Shown piece after piece: positions 7,784-15,949 of a DNA stretch of 19,077 nt. The notes under the pieces were generated by a model. The model did no database searches and had not been told where the DNA came from. It was given only the letters and a program-made list of their open reading frames with translations. Position 1 is the stretch's first letter; each line of letters opens with the position of its first letter. This stretch comes from Chthonomonadales bacterium (lineage in GTDB: Bacteria > Armatimonadota > Chthonomonadetes > Chthonomonadales > Chthonomonadaceae): contig JBBQPO010000101.1 in assembly GCA_038217285.1 (NCBI GenBank), forward strand, positions 1 through 19,077. The letters are read 5' to 3'. The translations under genes were made by a program, and so were the position numbers.

Positions 7784-8608
7784 TTATTTACTATCACTTG
7801 CTTTCATGTCGCTTAAATAGCTCTGTATCTCTCGGATGATCTCTTCCGGATGGCTCACGTGAGGACAGTGTCCTGTCGCCTCCAGCAAGCGCAGCGTGCT
7901 CTGCGGTAGATGGCGATGCAGGTAGTGACCCACCTCTACCGGAGCGATCAAGTCCTGAGCGCCCTGCAGGATCAGCGTCGGCACAGATACCAGAGGCAGA
8001 TCGCTTCGGTTATCGCCGAAGAAGGTGACCTCCGCGAAGCGACGTGCGATCGTCGGGTCTGTAGAACAGAAGCTCTGTGCCAGCTCCGCGCTCTTCTCCG
8101 GCTGCTCTGGATTACCCATTACGAGGGGAGCAAGGTAGTGCGCCCAGCCCATATAGTTTTTGTCCATCATCGCCAGTAAGGCCTCGATGTCCTTGCGCTC
8201 AAAACCTCCGATGTAGTCAGGCGGAGCGTTCAGGTAGCGAGGGGAAGGGCCGACAAGGATCAGGCAGTCAAAGCGGTGCGGTTCACGGATGGAGGCAAGC
8301 ATCCCGATGATGTTGCTCACCGAATGCCCCACGAAAATGACATCCGACAGGTTCAGGGCTTCACAGATATCGAGTACGTCCTGCACATAGCCATCGAGAC
8401 TACCATATCGCTCGGGACTATACTGGGAGAGGTCCGACTTCCCGGCCCCCACGTAGTCGAAGAGGACAATCTGGTAGGCTTCTTCAAAGGCTGGGGTAAG
8501 GAAGCGCCACATGTTTTGATCACACCCGAAGCCATGCGCGAACAACAGGGTTTGCGCGCCGTGCCCGAAGATGCGTACGTTATTGCGCGCCAAAACGCCT
8601 TGAGTCAT
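7784..8608 (-). CDS. rsbQ: RsbQ-like alpha/beta hydrolase (KAI2/D14-related)
   Basis: Motifs RNNVRIFG, FAHGFGCDQNMWR, nucleophile GHSVS, GPSPRYLN, SFCSTDP, QDLIAP and ATGHCPH. The ATG at 8608 has SD GAGGGAG. Confidence 0.9.
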   Translation of the reverse strand: MTQGVLARNNVRIFGHGAQTLLFAHGFGCDQNMWRFLTPAFEEAYQIVLFDYVGAGKSDLSQYSPERYGSLDGYVQDVLDICEALNLSDVIFVGHSVSNIIGMLASIREPHRFDCLILVGPSPRYLNAPPDYIGGFERKDIEALLAMMDKNYMGWAHYLAPLVMGNPEQPEKSAELAQSFCSTDPTIARRFAEVTFFGDNRSDLPLVSVPTLILQGAQDLIAPVEVGHYLHRHLPQSTLRLLEATGHCPHVSHPEEIIREIQSYLSDMKASDSK

Positions 8609-9036
8609 CTCTCCCTCTTCCAGGGCATCGTCGTGTGATGCAAAAAACAGATTGCCTCTGCGCTCGGGCAGAGGCTGCGGCAGCGAAAAAAGTATAACTA
8701 CCGATATCGCCTCTATTTTGAGCGTCGGGGATGGTTGCCTAGTTCTCTTTACAGTGGGCAAACACCTGCAAAATTTCAGGTATCACAACCCTATAACTTG
8801 CAGGCAGACGCCGCACCTGGACGGTTGGTTCCTGGAAATGTAAAATTTCCAGGGGTACATAGCTATGACTAAGCTTGCATTCGCCTCATTGAAGGTCGCT
8901 GATACAAATGATCCTATACATGATGAAGGCACATAACTGTCTCATAAATTCATGCCAGGAGTATAGTGGTCGGCTTTAGGCAGGGGAGGAAGGCACACAA
9001 GGGATAAGGGCTGAAGGGTGAGAATTGATTCATCCC

Positions 9037-12000
9037 TTATTTAGACACCGCCTTGTGATTCAGGGTGAGCGGCACGCTTCCGGTCGTGGAGACGGCTACT
9101 CTCCAGATCTCCACGACGTTCTGTGCGCGCAGAATCCGTACACCCTCCGGGCGTTCCAGCGCCTCCAGTGCGCTGCCGGTCAGTTCAAATTCCCGTGTTT
9201 CCGCATCATAGTAGATGTCGAGAGCGCGGCCGAGAAAACGGAGGTTTCGAATGCCTCCCGTATGCTCTGGAGCGATGAGTTGCGGCAGACCTTCTCCGAA
9301 GTCCAGGCCATTGTGCCAGAAGACACCGTCGAGCAGATGGGCCGCTCCCCCCATCTCGGGGAAGACACCGGAAGGCTGAGGTGGGAAACCGCCGAGATAG
9401 GTTTCCGCATACTCCCCGGCCAGGGTGATCTCCCGCATTCCGGCCTCCGCCATCATTTCGGCTTCATGCGTTAATCCCTGCCGCGAGACTTCGCGCATCA
9501 TCTTGCTGTAACGAGGAAAACCGAGGATGTCCGGCCCGAGAAACGGCATATCTTGTGGAACAGAGGCCCGAAATACGGTTTGTAAGTAGCCTGTCTCCGC
9601 AGGAGTTAGAATCCCAGGAGGAAGCGCCCAGCCATGGAGCATGCCCAGGCGGTTCACCCACTCACGGCGTCCAGTGTCCGGGTAGAACTTATGGGCCTGC
9701 TGATTGGGCCGGGGCCAGAACCGCTGCTTATAGAGCGCGGTCAGGGTCTGGCTCTGCGCCCGCCAGAAGGCCCTTTCGGCAGGCAATCTCAGAGCGGCTG
9801 TTATCTGCTTGAGATAGTCCATGTCGGACAGCACGTACGCCGTGAATCCCCCATCCTTCTGGTCGGGTGGGGTGGAGTTGTAGTAGATCCAGCGTGGATC
9901 GCTCTCCTTCCACAGCACGAACTTCTTGAGAGCAGGATAGACCTGACGCAACAGGTTCTCATTGCCGGTCGCCTGATAGAGGGTCCAGGCCGTCTGGGCA
10001 GCGATGCAGAACAGCCCCTCCCCCTCCATCGATCCGTCTGCCTCCACCAGCGACATCATGCCCTGGAAGGCGGCCCAGGCCGTATCCGGCGTGACCCAGG
10101 CCAGGTACTGCATGGCGAGAAAGCTTTCGTACTGCGAGGAGCCGCGCGCATGGGGCGCCCCCTCCTTCCACAGCGAGGCCTTGCCGATAGGGTATTGCGG
10201 GTAGGCGAAGCCGTTCTCCGGTTGGGGCGGCAGGAGATCCGAGAGGAGATAGACCCAGGCCCGGTAGTAGGCGCGGCGGATCGATTCCGGCGTGGAGCCT
10301 TTGCGGTCGATGCCGGTCAACTGGAACTGTGCCGGGCGGGGAACGCGCGCCAGCAGATCGTTCCACTCCGCTTCACGCAATTTGAGCGCCTCACGAATGG
10401 CGGCAGGCCGCGCCACGTCCGGTGCGGGTGGCGCCTCGGCACTGTCGGCCGCCGAAAACCGCGCGGTGACGCCGACTTCGTCGCCCGCTTGCAGGTCTTC
10501 CAGTTCGACCGCCCAGATGCCGTTCCTGGCCAGAGGGTCGGGGCGGCTCTCCGCAAAGTCTGTCCAGGTCGGATAGAACCCCAGGAATCGGCCCGGCCGA
10601 CTGATCACAATATCGGCCCGATAGGAGGGAGCGTGTATCGAAAGCGTGTGCGTATTCGGATTCCAGGCGGCTTGCCCCTGTGTGATGTCTCCACTAAGGA
10701 CCAGACTTACAGGACCATGCGTCCTGGCAATACGCAGGAGTTGAGAGACTGCCTCCACATCGTGAAAACCCACGGTGCTCTCCAGCTTGAGGCCACTCCC
10801 ACTCTCGGCTTCCTGTACAAGCTGGTGCGGGGACCAGCGCACGGGCCGACCGCTCAGAGCCAGACTGTCCGGACCAGTGCCGACAAAACGCATGTCGGTG
10901 GCCGTCACCGTCGTCCCCTTCTTGAACACAACGAGTTTTACCAGAAAGCTGCGATTTCCGTGCCACCCGGTCGCTTCTCGAATGTTGTAGCAGAAGGTTC
11001 CCGAGGCGGTCACGTCGGGCTGGATATATCTGTGGGCGGGCTCGTCTTTCGCCTGGACCAGGAGCGCCCAGTTCCCGGTCGCATGTTCCACGCGCAGCAG
11101 CAGAAAAGGCGTCTGGTCGAGATCGACATGCACGGAGGTCAGGAGAGTACCGGAAGAGGGGCTGGTAGACTGTACCCGCACCCGGCGGTTCCCCCAGGCA
11201 GACGTCGCGTTCTCCGTGTGCCAGTTCGCAGCGCGCTCCGACGAGAAGCCGAGAGCGGTCGTGTTGCGGAAGAGGCCGCTGCGGGCAGCGGTCGGTATCC
11301 ACCCCCAGAAGAAGGGCAATCGGATGGGGATCTCCCCGGCGTGGTAAGCGAGGTGCATGGGCAGTGCGAGCAGATCTGCCTTACCTTTGAGAGGCGGCAC
11401 AGGCATTACGGGATGAATCACGAGACGGCTGTTCGGATGCGTCAGCCAGAACGAACGGGTTTCGGGGTCCGCCAGGCTCTCGCAATCGACTCCGTCCGAC
11501 TTCGGGGCCAAGGCCACCTCGGTCTGCGCGGCTCGGGTGAACTCTGTCCGCATGCCCTGCGCGCTTACCCCTAATCGGCCTACATGGATCGCTGCGCCAG
11601 GGAAGGCATACCGCACACGCCATAGAATCGTGCCGGTCGTTGAAGCGATCTCGCCTTCGATCTCCTTCGCCCGCAAGGAGAGTCGTAAGCGATAGGTCTC
11701 CCCCCGTTTCCAGACAAACGGTTGGTCCAGCTTCTCCGTGACGGTATAGACAGGTTCCGGTGATCGGACCGCATCTGGCCCCACACGCAGCTCCGTATAG
11801 CGGCCTTTGCCATCCGGCGTCTCTACCAGGTCCAGCCGCCAGAAGTTGGTTGAATCGAAATAGAGACACAGTCCGGCCAGACTCCAGCCTGTTCCGACTC
11901 GCTCACCAGGGGTGACATCGACCGTCACCGTCTGGACGGGAGCCAGCAGCGTATCCTCTCGCAGAGCGAACGCGCGGTTCCCTTCAGGAACGGCGCAACG

Positions 12001-12225
12001 CAAGGTGTCGCCCGTGCTGTGCCAGTCCCCACCCTGGGTACGCCAGGAACCTACCGTCTCGGCGATAACGGGCGCAGCGCTGCCGGGACTCACGGGGCCA
12101 TAAACCAGCGCAGCAAACAGCAATAGCCTGCCGACGGAGACTCTGTTAGAGAAATCGTTCCGGCGCTTCCATCCGCTACCGAGGGACAAAATGAGAATTA
12201 CCTGCCCGAGATAGAATATGCACAT
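9037..12225 (-). CDS. Large, probably secreted, multi-domain carbohydrate-active protein (beta-rich N-terminal domains plus (alpha/alpha)6 glycoside hydrolase-like C-terminal domain)
   Basis: 1062-aa ORF with a basic/hydrophobic signal-like region (RLLLFAALVYG...SAA). The C-terminal half (YYRAWVYL, ESFLAMQYLAW, AWTLYQATGNENLLRQVYPALKKF) resembles GH63/GH37/GH15-like folds. Start position uncertain. Confidence 0.7.
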   Translation of the reverse strand: MCIFYLGQVILILSLGSGWKRRNDFSNRVSVGRLLLFAALVYGPVSPGSAAPVIAETVGSWRTQGGDWHSTGDTLRCAVPEGNRAFALREDTLLAPVQTVTVDVTPGERVGTGWSLAGLCLYFDSTNFWRLDLVETPDGKGRYTELRVGPDAVRSPEPVYTVTEKLDQPFVWKRGETYRLRLSLRAKEIEGEIASTTGTILWRVRYAFPGAAIHVGRLGVSAQGMRTEFTRAAQTEVALAPKSDGVDCESLADPETRSFWLTHPNSRLVIHPVMPVPPLKGKADLLALPMHLAYHAGEIPIRLPFFWGWIPTAARSGLFRNTTALGFSSERAANWHTENATSAWGNRRVRVQSTSPSSGTLLTSVHVDLDQTPFLLLRVEHATGNWALLVQAKDEPAHRYIQPDVTASGTFCYNIREATGWHGNRSFLVKLVVFKKGTTVTATDMRFVGTGPDSLALSGRPVRWSPHQLVQEAESGSGLKLESTVGFHDVEAVSQLLRIARTHGPVSLVLSGDITQGQAAWNPNTHTLSIHAPSYRADIVISRPGRFLGFYPTWTDFAESRPDPLARNGIWAVELEDLQAGDEVGVTARFSAADSAEAPPAPDVARPAAIREALKLREAEWNDLLARVPRPAQFQLTGIDRKGSTPESIRRAYYRAWVYLLSDLLPPQPENGFAYPQYPIGKASLWKEGAPHARGSSQYESFLAMQYLAWVTPDTAWAAFQGMMSLVEADGSMEGEGLFCIAAQTAWTLYQATGNENLLRQVYPALKKFVLWKESDPRWIYYNSTPPDQKDGGFTAYVLSDMDYLKQITAALRLPAERAFWRAQSQTLTALYKQRFWPRPNQQAHKFYPDTGRREWVNRLGMLHGWALPPGILTPAETGYLQTVFRASVPQDMPFLGPDILGFPRYSKMMREVSRQGLTHEAEMMAEAGMREITLAGEYAETYLGGFPPQPSGVFPEMGGAAHLLDGVFWHNGLDFGEGLPQLIAPEHTGGIRNLRFLGRALDIYYDAETREFELTGSALEALERPEGVRILRAQNVVEIWRVAVSTTGSVPLTLNHKAVSK

Positions 12226-12274
12226 CCGTTACGGTAGCTCCTCTCCTAAATAGGCTGATGGAGGCAACTTTGAG

Positions 12275-12463
12275 TGGGGTGAACTCCTGTCCGACGTAGC
12301 CGTTATACCCGATAGCAGTACTGGCCCGCATGATGGCCGAGTAGTTGAGCTCCTGACTATCGTCGATTTCGTTGCGGACGGGGTTGCTGGCGGTGTGGAA
12401 ATGGCCGATGTACTGGATATTGTTGCGTAGTGTGCGGATAACGTCGCCTTCTATTTGCTACAT
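12275..12463 (-). pseudogene. hyi: Hydroxypyruvate isomerase (xylose isomerase-like TIM barrel) 3' remnant, copy A
   Basis: Absent from the ORF track. The minus strand reads M*QIEGDVIRTLRNNIQYIGHFHTASNPVRNEIDDSQELNYSAIMRASTAIGYNGYVGQEFTP, which matches the Hyi C-terminal region. It has an internal TAG and no 5' portion. Confidence 0.8.
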
Positions 12464-12512
12464 GCATACAAACATGCAGAAGCTCGTTCAGTTCTTTCGT
12501 AGTTTGGGTTCA

Positions 12513-12616
12513 CGGGGTTGAAACCCCGCGCTGAAATGGGAAGTCCGCCGTCGCGGACTCAATGCATCCAACCTGCGAAGGCAGGTTTACCATATCAGAA
12601 CGGCAATTCATTGCCG
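12513..12616. repeat. REP/REPIN-like multi-hairpin element
   Basis: Four 7-bp hairpins: CGGGGTT-GA-AACCCCG (12513-28), AGTCCGC-CGTC-GCGGACT (12542-59), AACCTGC-GAAG-GCAGGTT (12570-87) and CGGCAAT-TC-ATTGCCG (12601-16). CTGAAATGG and CCATATCAG can pair around the two inner hairpins. Confidence 0.65.
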
Positions 12617-12715
12617 GGAAAAGTACGAACAAACTATGAGCCACTAATTAGCAATCGACTAAGGCCATGCCATCTGGCCTTATTTATAGGCGTCGCAGAA
12701 TGCGCACTCTTTGTG

Positions 12716-13720
12716 CTAAGGTTTATCTCCCAGTTGGTCCAAACGCTGGCGCAGAGTTTCAATGGTCCTTTGTGTAGCTGGATCAACAGCACCTGTTTCA
12801 TAAGGAGGAATATCGAAATCCCCGGTCTCTATCGCATTAAATATTCGTTTTAAGAGATCGCGAAAAGCCTTCTCGGCACGATCTGCATACCTATGCAAAG
12901 TTTCGAGTTGCTGTGGAGTAAAAAGTGCTAAGGTTGGGTGACCAATATCTATCGAGTTACGGAGCAACATCGAAGGAATGAAATCTCTTTCGATTTCTTC
13001 AGTGGTATATTTCAAGTCTGCCAACGCTGTCCTCACTTGATCTCGGTTCGGACCATATAGTATTTCCAAGACCTTGTAAAAGTTGAGCAAAGCTTCTGCT
13101 AAAAACTCTCCTGGCATTTTTCCTTCGCGTTTCACTCGGCAAGCAACATAAAAATAATGCAAGGCAGCGATTAGACGCCTGCGATGTGGTGCAGCCAGTA
13201 TGTCGAACCGGTTCCATGCTGTGGCAAACTTCTGCTGCTGGAGGTCTTGGGTGGTGATATTTACTTCTATGCGCCAATCTGACAGTTCCCATCGAAACAG
13301 CACGGATCCTATTTTGCCATCCACTCGTTCTACAAATGGCGGATCTGCGAACTCTAAGGCAAGTAGAAGTGGCAGTCCAAAATACAGGGATTCGAGCACC
13401 TCAGTGAACTTCGTGTTATCCTCGAAATGTTCTTTGATCGTAACGCAATTCCCCTCCAAGGTAATGCGCCGAATGGGTTCTTCAATTTCAACCTCCAGTG
13501 GTGCCAGTGGCGAACTACATTCAACAAAGTGCTGGCCTGTATTTGCATTGAACAAAACCCTGGCGTGTTGGGATTGTACAGTCGTTAATCCACCACCTGG
13601 TGCTTTCCCAAATGGCTGGAGTGGCTGAAAATGCAATGACACCTCGACATCAGCGGGAAATTGGGGAGGGCGATTCCCTATAATGCGTAACACCCTTGGC
13701 CTTACCTGATATGTAAACAT
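12716..13720 (-). CDS. HEPN-motif protein (ApeA/MauJ-like), putative RNase effector, 334 aa
   Basis: SD GAAAGGA 5 nt before ATG 13720. The helical C-terminus has ALHYFY...ALLNFYKVLEIL...LLRNSIDIGH (R-x6-H, 12938-12961). Visibly lower GC than the flanks. Confidence 0.65.
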   Translation of the reverse strand: MFTYQVRPRVLRIIGNRPPQFPADVEVSLHFQPLQPFGKAPGGGLTTVQSQHARVLFNANTGQHFVECSSPLAPLEVEIEEPIRRITLEGNCVTIKEHFEDNTKFTEVLESLYFGLPLLLALEFADPPFVERVDGKIGSVLFRWELSDWRIEVNITTQDLQQQKFATAWNRFDILAAPHRRRLIAALHYFYVACRVKREGKMPGEFLAEALLNFYKVLEILYGPNRDQVRTALADLKYTTEEIERDFIPSMLLRNSIDIGHPTLALFTPQQLETLHRYADRAEKAFRDLLKRIFNAIETGDFDIPPYETGAVDPATQRTIETLRQRLDQLGDKP

Positions 13721-13805
13721 CAGCATCCTTTCAATTAGACGTCGCAGATGCGATAAGCCATCTCCAGACTGATGGAGGCATCCTTGACTGGACTGACCTC
13801 CTGAC

Positions 13806-13975
13806 CTCCTGCCCGACACATCCGTCATAGTTAGTAGCGGCGATTGCCCGCATGATGGCCGGGTAATAGAGTTCCTGCCACTCGTCGATCTCATGCCTGC
13901 CGGGCACTCCCGCCGTGTGGAAATGGCCGATGTGTTTGATGTCCTGAAGTATGCAGGAAATTACATTGCTTCGAT
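13806..13975 (-). pseudogene. hyi: Hydroxypyruvate isomerase 3' remnant, copy B
   Basis: Reads IE(G, apparent 1-nt deletion)NVISCILQDIKHIGHFHTAGVPGRHEIDEWQELYYPAIMRAIAATNYDGCVGQE, inside track ORF 13731..14030. The flanks are unrelated to Hyi. Confidence 0.85.
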
Positions 13976-14004
13976 CACAGGGCATTTTCATACACAGACT
14001 ATCG

Positions 14005-14667
14005 CTACATATTATCGACAAGTGCCGCAAACCTCGAAAAGACGGGATCAGCGGGATCGAAGAGACCCCTGCCCGACTTGAACGCCGTGTGAAGTTCCTT
14101 CAACGGTTCGCGATGCGTTGAGAGCCAGCTATAGAGCCGCGCCTTTGTCTTCGAACCAAACGGAACGGGGTCACAAATATCCAGGCAGGTAATCAGGTCT
14201 TCCACGCATGCACGATGGTCACTCATGGCGACCGCTCGCCAGAGCAGGGCTTCAAGGTCACCTTCCGTACCAGGATCGGGCATAATCCAGACGCTCCATT
14301 GCCGCCCCTGGCTATCTCCAAACCATTGATCCGAAGTCACTTTTGGTACTTCTTCGCCCAGGCCAAGCGCCCATTGTGTAAGCGCACTTTGAACTGCGGT
14401 GGCCGGATCATTATCGGCATCTCGCACAATCGCGACGCGCTTAATCTGATCGTACCCTTCGACGGCACGTATCGTTTGAAGTTCCAATCGCAGTTGATTT
14501 TTGCCTTCGTAGACATGAATTTGAACATCGTCTCGCGGACGTAAGAAGCGAAAAAAGTGAAACTCATCTGGTCCTTCGACAAGCAGAAGATTGGGAGAAG
14601 TGAAGGTCTCCCGATTATAACGGCGAGGGGAATTGTCTGCGCCTTGTGAAGTTCCAGTGCGTCTCAT
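14005..14667 (-). CDS. DUF3226-like TOPRIM-fold protein
   Basis: TOPRIM-type motifs LLLVEGPDE and IVRDADND, plus GDLEALL and KTKARLYSWL. Overlaps the ATPase stop by 4 nt (ATGA). Confidence 0.75.
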   Translation of the reverse strand: MRRTGTSQGADNSPRRYNRETFTSPNLLLVEGPDEFHFFRFLRPRDDVQIHVYEGKNQLRLELQTIRAVEGYDQIKRVAIVRDADNDPATAVQSALTQWALGLGEEVPKVTSDQWFGDSQGRQWSVWIMPDPGTEGDLEALLWRAVAMSDHRACVEDLITCLDICDPVPFGSKTKARLYSWLSTHREPLKELHTAFKSGRGLFDPADPVFSRFAALVDNM

Positions 14668-15761
14668 CGAACCTCCAAACCGCTCTCCAGCGCACGCCCA
14701 AGCATAGCATGATCGAAAGTATGAATGATCACCTCACCGTCCGTTCTACGTTCTAAACGGTGAACGCGCAGAGCGTCAGGAGTCTCGATGAACGCTTCGT
14801 GAATCGCATGGATACAGTCATAGCTATGCGTCGTCGCCCAAACTTGAGAATTATAGACATTGACGGCAGAAACTACGGAGCGCCACACCTGGGGAAGCAT
14901 GGAATAATGGATGCCGTTGTCGACTTCATCGATGAGACAGATCCCGTTTTTGGCCGCTCCGATTGCGGAGAGGATCGATATCACATTGCTGAAGCCATCT
15001 CCCATATTCTCAAGGGGAAGAGTACGGTCAAAGCCCAAGTCCGCCTCCAACACCGCAGTGGGGGAAATTACCTCGCCGCGTTCCATTGTCAGCACTACCA
15101 GGGAACGCAAACGCGGCTCGATCTCCCTGAGGAGACCGAGTAAAATTTCCACGCCGCCGCTTCGGTAAAGTTGCGAATAGCGACGCGCATGGGACCAGGC
15201 CTCCGCTCGGTTTGTCCCCAGCCAAACAAGGATTGGCACCTCCGGGAAACTTTTTCCGCTAAATTGCCGTTGAGACCGAGCAGGGAACATACTGCGGCCT
15301 TGCAACGGTTGTCGAATAATCGCCTTCGCTTGGTCATCCGCCGTGACTTCAACCACAATTTCGCGCCCCGGCTGTAACAGAGACTCGCCATCTTCAGAAG
15401 CATCGCTGTCGCTCTCCAAATCGAAGGGCAAAGCCTCTTGACCCTTAACTTCTCGAATCACTGCCTGAGCAGAGAGCTCTATTCCGCTGACAGTGCCATG
15501 GATCAAAAGAGGATTCGTGCTGTGCGTTTGATAGAATGCCAGCTGATAATCCTGCGACAAATCCGTCGGCCGGCGCTCTACGCGATTCCTGGTCGCTCTC
15601 CGTAAGTGCCTTGGATCACCAGACAAGAGCACACGTATCGCCTCAAGCAGGCTTGTCTTCCCTGTATCGTTACGTCCAACGATAAGGTTGACGCGGCTTG
15701 CATCTGTCAAGGAAAGTTCGTTTAGGCCTCGAAATCGTTCTATATGAAGGCGCGTCAGCAT
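14664..15761 (-). CDS. ABC-type ATPase (AAA_15/AAA_21-like)
   Basis: MLTRLHIERFRG start, Walker A GRNDTGKT, signature-like MGDG, Walker B ICLIDEVDNG and H-loop TTHS. No TM segments. Confidence 0.9.
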   Translation of the reverse strand: MLTRLHIERFRGLNELSLTDASRVNLIVGRNDTGKTSLLEAIRVLLSGDPRHLRRATRNRVERRPTDLSQDYQLAFYQTHSTNPLLIHGTVSGIELSAQAVIREVKGQEALPFDLESDSDASEDGESLLQPGREIVVEVTADDQAKAIIRQPLQGRSMFPARSQRQFSGKSFPEVPILVWLGTNRAEAWSHARRYSQLYRSGGVEILLGLLREIEPRLRSLVVLTMERGEVISPTAVLEADLGFDRTLPLENMGDGFSNVISILSAIGAAKNGICLIDEVDNGIHYSMLPQVWRSVVSAVNVYNSQVWATTHSYDCIHAIHEAFIETPDALRVHRLERRTDGEVIIHTFDHAMLGRALESGLEVR

Positions 15762-15930
15762 ACTTTCCCCATCCATCAAGAGCCATTTGCCACTTCAAAC
15801 TCCCATGAAGTGGTAGCGGACTCAGCGTAAAATGCGAATTCGGGGCAGCGGTCCCGTGTGCTATCACGGCTAGGGTTCGACAAAACAACGTAAAATCCTG
15901 CTGTTGTCAGAGGCCCAGTCATGAAGAGCG

Positions 15931-15948
15931 AAACGGACGTTTCCGTTT
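15931..15948 (-). terminator. Short hairpin after the ABC operon
   Basis: AAACGGA-CGTT-TCCGTTT immediately after the permease stop codon, with a weak U-tract. Confidence 0.3.
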
Positions 15949-15949
15949 G

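Noticed and set aside
9634-11574. 646-aa plus-strand ORF
   Set aside because: Antisense shadow of the 1062-aa gene; rich in Arg/Gly/His with no motifs.
13721-14030. N-terminal extension of the HEPN ORF to 13894, and ORF 13731..14030 as a functional gene
   Set aside because: The extension is an off-frame reading of hyi remnant B, and a good SD lies at 13720. The 99-aa ORF holds only part of a TIM barrel.
14664-15761. ATPase as the MalK subunit of the sugar ABC transporter
   Set aside because: The motifs are AAA_15/21-type, it is coupled to a TOPRIM-like gene, and its composition differs from the operon.
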